Assembly (NCBI GenBank): GCA_949031345.1
Contig: CARNVA010000002.1
Coordinates: 44,532-108,531 of the forward strand
Origin: an uncultured Eubacteriales bacterium
Lineage (GTDB): Bacteria > Bacillota > Clostridia > Christensenellales > UBA1242
DNA length: 64,000 nt
Direction of reading: 5' to 3'
Part shown: positions 1-9,470 of the stretch, in pieces
Layout: the number at the start of each line of letters is the position of its first letter
How positions within the stretch are numbered: position 1 is the first letter of the stretch
Notes under the pieces: model-generated
Told to the model about the DNA's origin: nothing
Databases searched by the model: none
What the model saw: only the letters and a program-made list of their open reading frames with translations
Position numbers and translations under genes: made by a program

Positions 1-1
1 A

Positions 2-568
<567 letters not shown>

Positions 569-665
569 AAATTAAAAAATGCTTTTTTATCTTTTCGAGT
601 CTAACTTATTTAGACTTAAAATCTTATTTAAAAAAAATAAAAATTAACAATATATAACATTAAAT

Positions 666-704
666 AAAGACATTCAAACAAAAAAGTGTTGATGTCTTTT
701 TTTT
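666..704 (+). terminator. intrinsic terminator after tgt
   Basis: Stem AAAGACAT/ATGTCTTT followed by a T-run. Confidence 0.7.
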
Positions 705-766
705 GCAGATTATTACAAATTTTGTAAAAAATAACAAATACATAAGCAATATAAGGCTTAAATTAT

Positions 767-795
767 TTGACAATGAAATCTTATTATATTATACT
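767..795 (+). promoter_or_regulatory. sigma-A type promoter for rny
   Basis: TTGACA (767-772), 17-nt spacer, TATACT (790-795). Confidence 0.6.
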
Positions 796-836
796 AACTA
801 TTGATAGGTCAAAATCTATCTTATAAAGGGGAAATT

Positions 837-2426
837 ATGAGCAGTATAAGCATTCTATGCAACGCTGCTGTTACCGCCGGAGTTGTTAGCGGAGTAATTG
901 CACTTATCGTCGGTGCAGTTCTTGGTATTTTAGTTTACAGCATTCTCACAAGCAAGAAATTGGGAAAAAGTAAATCGAATGCTGTTAAGATAATTGAAGA
1001 GGCGTACGCAGAAGCGAAAAGCATAAAAAAAGAATCACTTTTAGAAGCCAAAGAAGAGGCTCAAAAAATTCGTGATGAAGCAAACAGTGAAGCAAAAGAA
1101 AGAAGAGGTGAAATTCAAAAACAAGAGGAGAGACTTGACCAAAGAGAAGAATATTTGGCAAAGAAAGAAACCTTACTTGACAATAAAGGTTTGCAATTAG
1201 ATAATGAAAAAGCAAATCTTGAAAATGAAAAATTATCTCTTGAAAACAAATTGAAAGAGCAGGATGAAATTAAAATTCAAATGACAGAAAAGCTTGAGAA
1301 AATCTCAGGGCTTACAAAAAAAGAAGCAAAAGATATTCTCATTGAAAATATTACTGATGAAGCAAAGAAAGATGCCGGCATTCTTGTAAAGAAAATTGAG
1401 GATGACGCAAAAGAAAACGCCGACAAAATTGCCAGAAATATAGTTGTTGGCGCCATTCAAAAATGCGCTACAGATCTTTCATCTGAAATTACAGTAACTT
1501 CTGTTGCCCTTCCAAATGACGAAATGAAGGGAAGAATTATTGGAAGAGAAGGTCGAAATATCAGAGCTATTGAAAGCGTAACAGGTGTTGAATTGATTGT
1601 TGATGATACTCCAGAAACAATTACTATTTCAAGCTTTGACCCAGTAAGAAGGGAAATAGCTAGACTCAGCCTTGAAAAGCTGATTGTAGACGGAAGAATA
1701 CATCCAACAAGAATTGAAGAGATTGTTGAAAAAGCAACACGCGATGTAGATAAGATTATTAAAGAAGCGGGCGAAAATGCTTGCAATGATGTTGGAATTT
1801 ACAACCTTAATCCAGAGCTTGTAAAAGTGCTTGGAAGGTTGAAATACAGGACAAGTTATGGCCAAAATTGCCTTAAACATAGCATTGAGACTTCTGTAAT
1901 TGCTGGTCTTTTAGCAACAGAGCTTGGCGCAAATGTTCAAATTGCAAAAAGAGGCGGCCTTCTTCATGATATAGGAAAGGCTCTTGACCATGAAGTTGAT
2001 GGAACACATGTTTCTATTGGTGTTGATTTAGCTAAAAAATATAAAGAATCAGAGGAAGTAATTCACTGCATTCATGCACATCACGGAGAAGTTCCTTTTA
2101 ATTCTGTTGAAGCAATCTTAGTGCAAGTTGCAGACGCTATCTCAAGTGCAAGACCTGGTGCAAGAAGAGAAAGTCTTGAAAATTATATAAAACGCCTAGA
2201 ACAGCTTGAAGGAATTTGCAACGGCTTCAATGGAGTTGAAAAGTCTTATGCAATTCAAGCGGGCAGGGAAGTTCGCATAATTGTAAAACCTGACCAAATA
2301 AATGATAACAATGCATTGTTCCTTGCAAAAGAAATTTCAAAGAAAATTGAACAAGAAATGCAATATCCTGGACAAATTAAAGTCGTTGTCATAAGAGAAA
2401 AGCGCTTTACTGAAACAGCTAAATAA
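837..2426 (+). CDS. rny: ribonuclease Y
   Basis: N-terminal TM helix, long coiled coil, KH domain ([15 protein letters not shown]) and HD domain ([11 protein letters not shown]). ATG 837 is preceded by AAAGGGG; the TTG at 801 in the ORF track is unlikely. Confidence 0.95.
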   Translation: MSSISILCNAAVTAGVVSGVIALIVGAVLGILVYSILTSKKLGKSKSNAVKIIEEAYAEAKSIKKESLLEAKEEAQKIRDEANSEAKERRGEIQKQEERLDQREEYLAKKETLLDNKGLQLDNEKANLENEKLSLENKLKEQDEIKIQMTEKLEKISGLTKKEAKDILIENITDEAKKDAGILVKKIEDDAKENADKIARNIVVGAIQKCATDLSSEITVTSVALPNDEMKGRIIGREGRNIRAIESVTGVELIVDDTPETITISSFDPVRREIARLSLEKLIVDGRIHPTRIEEIVEKATRDVDKIIKEAGENACNDVGIYNLNPELVKVLGRLKYRTSYGQNCLKHSIETSVIAGLLATELGANVQIAKRGGLLHDIGKALDHEVDGTHVSIGVDLAKKYKESEEVIHCIHAHHGEVPFNSVEAILVQVADAISSARPGARRESLENYIKRLEQLEGICNGFNGVEKSYAIQAGREVRIIVKPDQINDNNALFLAKEISKKIEQEMQYPGQIKVVVIREKRFTETAK

Positions 2427-2552
2427 ACTTTCAATTAAAACTTACTTAAAAAGAAAAAAAACTGGAAATTGAAATCAATTAATTTCTAGTTTTTTATTTT
2501 AATCATTATCATTTATTGTAATATTTTGAATTTTCAACTTATATATTATAGT

Positions 2553-3155
2553 ATGAATTTTTTAGTAGATTTCTTCTCAAATAATTTTGAAAATTGCGTT
2601 TGGTTGGCAATTATTTTAATAGCAATATGTCCAACCTTAGAAAGCAAAATTGCAATTCCGCTGGCCATGAATACAGACATTTGGGGGAACAATGCCTTAC
2701 CTCCTGCAGCTGCTATGTTTTTATCCTTACTAGGCTCACTTTTGCCATGCTATTTAATCATGTTTATAGCTAGAAAGTTGAAAGGTAAGACCACCGGTTT
2801 TCTTACATCTAAGGTGATAAATCATTATTATAAGAAAACCTCTGTAATAGAGAGTAAAAAATCAAACATTAAAAAGTATATAGCTCTTGCAGGTTTCGCA
2901 TCAGTGCCTTTGCCACTCACTGGAGTTTGGGCGAGCAGTCTTATTGCAGGATTTTCTAACCTAGATTTAAAATATGCGTTCTTGTCTATCACTATAGGCT
3001 CAATAATATCAACAGCTGCAATAACACTTTTGTGTACACTGTTTACAAACTCTATATCATACATTCTCATAATATCTTTAGTTATTATAATTACATTTTT
3101 ATTTTTCGACTTATTTCTTACATTATTTAGAACAGCAAAAAAAGAAGCTGCTTAA
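2553..3155 (+). CDS. small multidrug-export-like membrane protein (COG2426-like)
   Basis: Multi-TM protein. ESKIAIPLAM and LPLTGVWASSLIAGF resemble the Sm_multidrug_ex family. Start is uncertain because ATG 2553 has no clear RBS. Confidence 0.55.
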   Translation: MNFLVDFFSNNFENCVWLAIILIAICPTLESKIAIPLAMNTDIWGNNALPPAAAMFLSLLGSLLPCYLIMFIARKLKGKTTGFLTSKVINHYYKKTSVIESKKSNIKKYIALAGFASVPLPLTGVWASSLIAGFSNLDLKYAFLSITIGSIISTAAITLLCTLFTNSISYILIISLVIIITFLFFDLFLTLFRTAKKEAA

Positions 3156-3171
3156 ATTCAGCTTCTTTTTT
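3137..3171. terminator. bidirectional terminator between convergent genes
   Basis: A-run, stem AGAAGCTG/CAGCTTCT, then T-run. The stop codon of the plus-strand gene lies in the loop. Confidence 0.7.
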
Positions 3172-3201
3172 ATAATTTATTTTTAAACTTTCAAAATTGT
3201 T

Positions 3202-5196
3202 TTATTTCCAATATTTTACAAGCACAATTCTTTTAAAATAATATCTGAATGGAATTAAAACAAAAGCTAAAACCAATGGCAAAATTAAAGAAGTTGCAAA
3301 CAAACTAAATTCTTTTGTTGCAATGCCGCAAATTAAATTTAAGCCTACTACAATACATGAAACTAAGAAATAGAAACACCATATCTTCCATTGTGGACTT
3401 AATTTTGAAGGGAGCCAACTTGTATAAGTTTTATAGTTATACGCCTTTAAAGCAACATCAAAAATAAGTAAGGCTGGCAAAAGTATAAACATAAAATTCG
3501 TATTTGCGTTAAGCATGCCTGTTTTTAAAAATATTACATACAACAATGTAGAGCAGAGCAGTGAAATTAAAAGTGTAGATATGCTTATAGCAAGATAAAT
3601 CAAATTTGTGTTATGTTTTTTACTCTCTGCCGATTTATGATATACATTAAATGAAATGCTTTGACTTTCATAGAAATCTTTCAAATCATTGTAATCATAA
3701 ATAGCATCTGGCCTCGCTTCAACTGAAGCGCTATCCTTCGTTTTAGAATAAAGTCTATTTAATATTTCTCTATGTGATGGATCAACATTAGTATCCCTTT
3801 TTGGTGCAGGTAATCTTGTATCTTTAGTATTTTCAGAAACTATTTTAATTCTAGGTGGAGCAATCTTTTTAGCCTGTCCCACATCGTCAGGGGTTAAATG
3901 TCCAGTTACAAGCACTGCATCATCTTTAACTTCCTTTTTCTCTTCTTTTAAAGGCTTTTTCTCCTCTGATTTTGTCACAAGACTGTTTAAATTGCTTCTA
4001 GTCTCAAAGTTTATATTGTTATAAATATATCTATTTTTGTTTTCAAGCAAAGAATTTTTAAACTCTTCTATATTTGCTTTTTTCTTTTCATTTGCAATAG
4101 GAAGGGGTTCAGTTGCCGCAATAGAAATTTGATCTTCAGCAAAACTGCGTTTTCTTTTAATTTTGTTTATGTCTTTTGATATATCAAACAGTCTTTTGTT
4201 ATATTCATCAACATTTTCATTTGGTAAAAATACTGCATCATCTTGTTTTACAGAAATTTCGCTTTTTGAATTTTCATCATTTGTGTCAATTTCGACTTCA
4301 GACATAGAAAATGATTTATTTGCTATAATTATTTCTTCATCAATATTCTGATCTTTCTCTTCAACTTCTTCTCTTATTAAAAACCTTGCGTCATCAAAGC
4401 GTTGCTCATTTTCATGATTATCATCAGACTGGGCAGGGGAAGCTTCTTTCAAAATATTTTCACTGTTTACAACATTAGTTTGTGTTAATTCTATAGTTTC
4501 TGTTTCTTTGTTAAAATCAGAATTATCAATCGTTTCATCATGTCTTGCCTGAGCATCTGAATTAGTATTAAATACCTCATTATTTGCCTGTAACTCGTTT
4601 TCAGAAGCAATTTCATCAACAGTTTTTACAGCATTGTTAGAAGCTTGAGTGTATATTTCATCTGATTTTTGTTCTTCTTCAAGTGAAGAAAAATCAAAGA
4701 AATCATCTTGCTCTTCATTTTCAAATTCATTTATGTTATCATTTTTATTTTCACTGCTTTCAAGAGTTTGACTTTCATTATGTAAGTTCACTGAATTTAA
4801 TGATTGACCTTGTACTTCAGTAATCACAGCAGTGACTTCTTTATCATAAGAATTTAAAAAATTATCTGAAACAACATCTATGTCATTGAAATCTCTAAAT
4901 ACATCAATATTATTATAATCAAAATATGCCTTCAATTCTTGATAAAAGCCTCGTCCTTTGTCTGTAAGCGAGTAGTATTTTCTATTTGGACCAAAATCAC
5001 TACTTTGAAGATATGAAGAAACATAACCTTGCTTTTCCATTCTAGTAAGATTTGAATATACACTTGGCTTTTTTAAATTTATCTTTCCATTACTGCGAGA
5101 AGATATTTCACTTATGATATCAAGACCATAAAAATCTCTATCTTGTAAGCAGGTGAGTATTAAATAAGACAGTTGTCCTTTTGCGTAAAGTTCCAT
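3202..5196 (-). CDS. PadR-family winged-helix regulator fused to a long acidic/polar linker and a C-terminal multi-TM domain
   Basis: N-terminus LSYLILTCLQDRDFYGLDIISEI..SVYSNLTRMEKQGYV..YYSLTDKGR is PadR-like. About 400 aa of D/E/N/S-rich sequence follow, then 4-5 hydrophobic helices. I place the start at ATG 5196 (GAGGT RBS) because a TTGACT-17-TATAAT promoter overlaps the longer ORF start at 5223. Confidence 0.75.
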   Translation of the reverse strand: MELYAKGQLSYLILTCLQDRDFYGLDIISEISSRSNGKINLKKPSVYSNLTRMEKQGYVSSYLQSSDFGPNRKYYSLTDKGRGFYQELKAYFDYNNIDVFRDFNDIDVVSDNFLNSYDKEVTAVITEVQGQSLNSVNLHNESQTLESSENKNDNINEFENEEQDDFFDFSSLEEEQKSDEIYTQASNNAVKTVDEIASENELQANNEVFNTNSDAQARHDETIDNSDFNKETETIELTQTNVVNSENILKEASPAQSDDNHENEQRFDDARFLIREEVEEKDQNIDEEIIIANKSFSMSEVEIDTNDENSKSEISVKQDDAVFLPNENVDEYNKRLFDISKDINKIKRKRSFAEDQISIAATEPLPIANEKKKANIEEFKNSLLENKNRYIYNNINFETRSNLNSLVTKSEEKKPLKEEKKEVKDDAVLVTGHLTPDDVGQAKKIAPPRIKIVSENTKDTRLPAPKRDTNVDPSHREILNRLYSKTKDSASVEARPDAIYDYNDLKDFYESQSISFNVYHKSAESKKHNTNLIYLAISISTLLISLLCSTLLYVIFLKTGMLNANTNFMFILLPALLIFDVALKAYNYKTYTSWLPSKLSPQWKIWCFYFLVSCIVVGLNLICGIATKEFSLFATSLILPLVLAFVLIPFRYYFKRIVLVKYWK

Positions 5197-5211
5197 TTTT
5201 ACCTCATAATG

Positions 5212-5240
5212 ATTATAAATCAAGTTAAACTCTAAGTCAA
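5212..5240 (-). promoter_or_regulatory. sigma-A type promoter of the PadR-like gene
   Basis: Minus strand TTGACT (5240-5235), 17-nt spacer, TATAAT (5217-5212). Confidence 0.6.
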
Positions 5241-5511
5241 CAATTTTTTAGTAAAATTTTGCAACTAGTATGCATAACATAATAGTGCAGAAAACAGGGG
5301 ATAAAAAAGATCAAAAAAGATCAATATTATAAAATCAAATAGTGTAGTTTAATAATAATGGGTTAAAAATGAAAATACTAAAGATTAAAATAAAAAAATG
5401 AGGGTGATTTACCTCAATTTTTTTAGATGATTTAAACAATTGTCATAATAGTGGATAGAAATAAAGCAAATTATATCAATTTTGAATAGATTTATCAAAA
5501 GGGCAACACTC

Positions 5512-5551
5512 GCTATCTCTGCGTAAAAGGCAAGTTTTACGCAGAGATAGC
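5512..5551. repeat. perfect palindrome: 17-bp arms and 6-nt loop (GCTATCTCTGCGTAAAA ggcaag TTTTACGCAGAGATAGC)
   Basis: Read directly. No T-run follows on either strand, so it is not a canonical terminator. The arm recurs at 8076-8092. Confidence 0.9.
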
Positions 5552-5699
5552 CACATACTACCATTTAAACATAAGCTATTTTGTTATTTTTTTATAATTT
5601 TTATTTTTCTTATAATATGCAAATATATGCATAGTTTTTCATTTAACAATATATAAAATGATTTTACCAGTTTATATTATATTTAGCAATTTTTTACAA

Positions 5700-6659
5700 T
5701 CAAATTGAATTTAACATTTTATTAAATTCGATTCCGCTGTTGCCGCAAACTTTATCTTCACTTATAAGTTTGTTTATATCATTTATTGATCTTATATAAC
5801 GAATTGATTTTATCCTTAAATAATTTACAATTTTGACATAAACCTTATAAATATCTTCGCCTTGAAACAATTCACTCGGTACAAAGCAAAGCACTGATTC
5901 GATATACACTTGATTTGGCATGTGACCATTTATATTGAAATAAAGTGTGTTGAATATCTTTAAAATTTTAGTAAAATTATCACCAGTTTCTTTCAATTTT
6001 TTGCTTACATGCTCAATTCTTGAATTTATATTTATTTTGGTAAATCCCCTTTTATTCGCTGAAAAATATTTAAAACATTCTTCGCTGTAGCTTACCAAAT
6101 AAATAATAATTTCTGTTGTAGAGCCAAAATCATCTCTTCCAAAAATCTGCAATCTGCTGTCTTTCAAGCTTACGAGAGAAGTTTCAGATAAAAACGAACA
6201 AAAACTGGTCTGCATATCTTCAGCCAAATTATAAATTGAATACTTGCTTGGATCAAATTTAAGATTATTTAAATCCATACTCTCAAGCTCTTTTTTCTTT
6301 CTTCGGCGACTTTTTCTTCGTCTTTTAAATAATTTTCTATTTGACCATGCAAATTTAAAGCGTTCTTTCAAGTTTCTCCAGAAATTCAGCTTTTTGGTTG
6401 TGTTTAATTCAAGCTGAGCATTCTCAATTCCAAGAAGATAAATACATTTAGAATTGTCGACAAAAGAGTTATTCAACAACTCATTTACAGGTTGAAGTGT
6501 CACATTTTTTAAATTTATATAAGAGACCTTCTTTGATAATGCGTCTACAGACTGTGCAACAAGACTATTCACTAGTTTCTCAATATTTCTTACAAACTTT
6601 TTCTTGTCTTGTTTTACAATTGACATTACCAAATCTCTGTTTACTATAATATTTGACAT
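5700..6659 (-). CDS. hypothetical protein (319 aa) with a polybasic insert, translationally coupled to serS
   Basis: Its ATG at 6659 directly follows the serS TAA (TAAATG). Contains KRRRKSRRRKKKE. I recognise no family. Confidence 0.6.
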   Translation of the reverse strand: MSNIIVNRDLVMSIVKQDKKKFVRNIEKLVNSLVAQSVDALSKKVSYINLKNVTLQPVNELLNNSFVDNSKCIYLLGIENAQLELNTTKKLNFWRNLKERFKFAWSNRKLFKRRRKSRRRKKKELESMDLNNLKFDPSKYSIYNLAEDMQTSFCSFLSETSLVSLKDSRLQIFGRDDFGSTTEIIIYLVSYSEECFKYFSANKRGFTKININSRIEHVSKKLKETGDNFTKILKIFNTLYFNINGHMPNQVYIESVLCFVPSELFQGEDIYKVYVKIVNYLRIKSIRYIRSINDINKLISEDKVCGNSGIEFNKMLNSI

Positions 6660-7958
6660 TTATTTTCCTTTTTTGCTTGGTTGAATCTTCTCTTTGCCGC
6701 CCATATAACCTCTTAAAGCCACTGGAATATTTACACTTCCATCTTCATTTAAGTTGTTTTCAAGGAAAGCAATCAACATTCTTGGAGGTGCCACAACTGT
6801 ATTATTTAATGTATGTGCAAGTTTTGTTCCATCAGCTGATTTATATTTAATGCCAAGACGCCTTGCTTGAGCATCAGATAAATTTGAACATGAGCCAAGC
6901 TCTCCAAAATAACGATTTTGTCTTGGGCTCCACGCGTTCAAGTCGCAAGATTTAACTTTTAAATCAGCAAGATCTCCGCTGCAGCATTCCATAACTTCAT
7001 GTGGAATATCCAAACTTTTAAAGAAATCTGAAGATATCTTCCACATTTTATTATACCAATCCATTGATTCTTCTGGCTTGCAAATTACAATCATTTCTTG
7101 TTTTTCAAATTGATGAACACGATAAATTCCGCGTTCTTCAATTCCATGCGCTCCAACTTCTTTTCTAAAACATGGTGAATATGATGTAAGACACAATGGC
7201 AAATCTTCTTCTTTTATAATTGTCTCTTTAAAGCGGCCTATCATAGAGTGCTCACTTGTTCCAATCAAATATAAATCTTCGCCTTCGATTTTATACATCA
7301 TATTTTCCATTTCTTCAAAGCTCATAACGCCATTGACAACATCACTTCTTATCATAAATGGTGGAATGCAATATGTGAAACCTCTATCAATCATAAAATC
7401 TCTTGCATACGAAAGAATTGCAGAATGAAGTCTTGCAATATCTCCAGTCAAATAATAAAAACCATTTCCACTTGTTCTTCTTGCACTGTCAAGATCAAGC
7501 CCGTTTAAGTTTTCTAAGATATCTGCATGATAAGGTATTTCATATTGTGGGACTTTTGCCTCTCCAACAGTCAAGCGCTGAACATTTTCACTGTCATCTT
7601 TTCCAACAGGGACATCATCTGCAATGATATTTGGAATTAAATACATAAGCTTTTTAAGTTGCAAAGAAAGCTCACCTTCTTCCTTTTCAATTTCAATTAT
7701 CCTGTTGTTGTTTTTTACAACTTGCTCTTTTATTAAATTCGCTTCATCAGCCTTTTTTTCACGCATTAACGAGCCAATTTGACTGCTTAAAGTATTTCTT
7801 TGCGAACGAAGATCATCACCTTCTCTTTTTAATGCTCTCACCTTTTGATCAAGATCAAGAACTTTGTCCACATATTCAAGTTTATGGTCTTGAAATTTTT
7901 TCTTAATATTTTCTTTTACAAGCTCTGGGTTTGTTCTTATTAAATTTATGTCAATCAT
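6660..7958 (-). CDS. serS: seryl-tRNA synthetase (non-canonical, eukaryote/archaeal-like motif set)
   Basis: N-terminal coiled-coil arm and class II core. Motifs are GTSEHSMIG, CFRKEVGAHG..RGIYRVHQFEKQE and SCSNLSDAQARRL. Confidence 0.93.
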   Translation of the reverse strand: MIDINLIRTNPELVKENIKKKFQDHKLEYVDKVLDLDQKVRALKREGDDLRSQRNTLSSQIGSLMREKKADEANLIKEQVVKNNNRIIEIEKEEGELSLQLKKLMYLIPNIIADDVPVGKDDSENVQRLTVGEAKVPQYEIPYHADILENLNGLDLDSARRTSGNGFYYLTGDIARLHSAILSYARDFMIDRGFTYCIPPFMIRSDVVNGVMSFEEMENMMYKIEGEDLYLIGTSEHSMIGRFKETIIKEEDLPLCLTSYSPCFRKEVGAHGIEERGIYRVHQFEKQEMIVICKPEESMDWYNKMWKISSDFFKSLDIPHEVMECCSGDLADLKVKSCDLNAWSPRQNRYFGELGSCSNLSDAQARRLGIKYKSADGTKLAHTLNNTVVAPPRMLIAFLENNLNEDGSVNIPVALRGYMGGKEKIQPSKKGK

Positions 7959-7980
7959 ATTTCCTCCAATTATTTTAATT

Positions 7981-8009
7981 ATTATAACGCTTTATTTGAA
8001 TTTAGTCAA
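7981..8009 (-). promoter_or_regulatory. sigma-A type promoter of serS, with no T-box leader
   Basis: Minus strand TTGACT (8009-8004), 17-nt spacer, TATAAT (7986-7981). The 5' UTR is only about 20 nt and carries a GGAGG RBS. Confidence 0.6.
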
Positions 8010-8075
8010 ATAAATGAAAGCTTTGATGCCGTTTGTATAATGATTTTTAATTCAAATTATTACCAAAAAATAAAA

Positions 8076-8092
8076 TTTTACGCAGAGATAGC
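8076..8092 (+). repeat. third copy of the 17-mer TTTTACGCAGAGATAGC
   Basis: Identical to 5535-5551 and the reverse complement of 5512-5528. Lies 45 nt upstream of the recombinase start codon. Confidence 0.9.
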
Positions 8093-8136
8093 TTAAAAAG
8101 TTGATTTATTTTTTATTTTATTATAAAATAAAAAGT

Positions 8137-9174
8137 ATGAAAAACAACAATTATTATCAAAAACGAGATTTACAAAACAGATTAAAAATGGCAAAATATA
8201 CAGAGCGTTTGCCAGAATTTTGCTTAGACTTTTTTATAGGAATTGAAAATAATACATCTTCTTTGACTAGATATAATTATTCAATGGATTTGTTTATATT
8301 TTTTAAATTTATTTCAGATTTTGTATTTAATAAAAACATTGAAGAAATCACTTTGGACGACATAAATTCAATTAAAACAAGACATATCGAGCAATATTTG
8401 TCCTCACTTTCATATTATGAGCTTGACGGAAAAGAATATAAGAATGACGAACGCGGAAAAGCAAGAAAACTTGCATCATTAAGGTCATTTTTTAAGTATC
8501 TTTTTAATCATGATTTAATTAAATCAAATGTAGCAAGTAAAATCGAAACTCCAAAACTACACAATAAAGAAATTATACGCTTAGAAAGAGAAGAAGTCTC
8601 TCGTCTTATGAATGTAGTTGAAAATCCAACTGATTTCACAAAAAGACAACAAAGTTATAACAAGAACACTTTTGAACGAGACAATGCAATAATAACCCTT
8701 TTTTTAGGGACTGGCATAAGAATTTCAGAGCTTGTAGGACTCAATCTTGAAAGCTTTGATTTTACTCAAAATGCCTTTTTAGTGACACGAAAAGGCGGAA
8801 ATCAAACAACTTTATATTTTTCAAATGAAGTCGCAATGGCATTAAAAACTTGGCTTGAAAAAAGAGCAACGCTAGAGCTTTCCGATGATGAACATGCTAT
8901 GTTTATTTCACTGCAAAAAAAGAGAATTTCAACAAGAGCCGTTGAGGATTTGGTTAAAAAATTTGCTATTCAAGCCTCACCATTAAAAAAAATCTCCCCT
9001 CATAAATTAAGAAGCACATTTGGCACAAATCTTTATAAGCAAACAAAAGATATCTACATAGTTGCGGATATCCTTGGCCATAAAGATGTAAATACAACCA
9101 AAAAACATTATGCTGCTATTGATGAAGACATGAGAAAAAGCGTATCCAAAAATGTTGTTGTAAATTCAGATTAA
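8137..9174 (+). CDS. xerS: tyrosine recombinase, XerS-like
   Basis: Catalytic region GIRISE..HKLRSTFGT..LGHKDVNTTKKHY. Overall layout (SYNKNTFERDNAIITLFL, VTRKGGNQ) resembles streptococcal XerS as I recall it. The start codon has a weak RBS. Confidence 0.75.
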   Translation: MKNNNYYQKRDLQNRLKMAKYTERLPEFCLDFFIGIENNTSSLTRYNYSMDLFIFFKFISDFVFNKNIEEITLDDINSIKTRHIEQYLSSLSYYELDGKEYKNDERGKARKLASLRSFFKYLFNHDLIKSNVASKIETPKLHNKEIIRLEREEVSRLMNVVENPTDFTKRQQSYNKNTFERDNAIITLFLGTGIRISELVGLNLESFDFTQNAFLVTRKGGNQTTLYFSNEVAMALKTWLEKRATLELSDDEHAMFISLQKKRISTRAVEDLVKKFAIQASPLKKISPHKLRSTFGTNLYKQTKDIYIVADILGHKDVNTTKKHYAAIDEDMRKSVSKNVVVNSD

Positions 9175-9334
9175 AATTTTTTAAAAATTTGTGTATAATA
9201 TTGGGTTATCTGCATAAGATAATAATGTGAAGGAGATATGCTTCACATGATACGGAAAGAAGCTGTAATATAGGATCTTTATATTAAGCTTCTTTTTGTT
9301 TTTTCTTATATTTTTGTAAAAAAGTTATAATTCA

Positions 9335-9371
9335 ATAACATAATAGCTTATATTCAAATCTATTATGTTAT
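9335..9371. repeat. inverted pair of the dispersed motif ATAACATAATAG (12-bp arms, 13-nt loop)
   Basis: ATAACATAATAG (9335-9346) pairs with CTATTATGTTAT (9360-9371). A further GCATAATAG lies at 9387-9395. Confidence 0.85.
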
Positions 9372-9395
9372 AATTATATAACAATTGCATAATAG

Positions 9396-9436
9396 TAAAA
9401 AGATTGCTCTAAACTTAAGCAATCTTTTATTTTTAT
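9396..9436. terminator. bidirectional terminator between xerS-like gene and spoIVB
   Basis: A-run, stem AGATTGCT/AGCAATCT, then T-rich run. Confidence 0.7.
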
Positions 9437-9470
9437 TATTTTATATCTACTTTAAATACGCTTTTTTGTT

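Noticed and set aside
5369-5401. Mini-ORF MKILKIKIKK in the padR-like/orf319 intergenic region
   Set aside because: It has no convincing RBS and its composition simply reflects an A-rich tract. There is nothing to suggest translation.
7959-8136. Possible T-box or other riboswitch upstream of serS (also checked upstream of asnS and lysS)
   Set aside because: There is no GGTGGTACC-type T-box motif. The intergenic regions are too short (about 175, 130 and 1 nt), and serS has a promoter only about 20 nt from its RBS.
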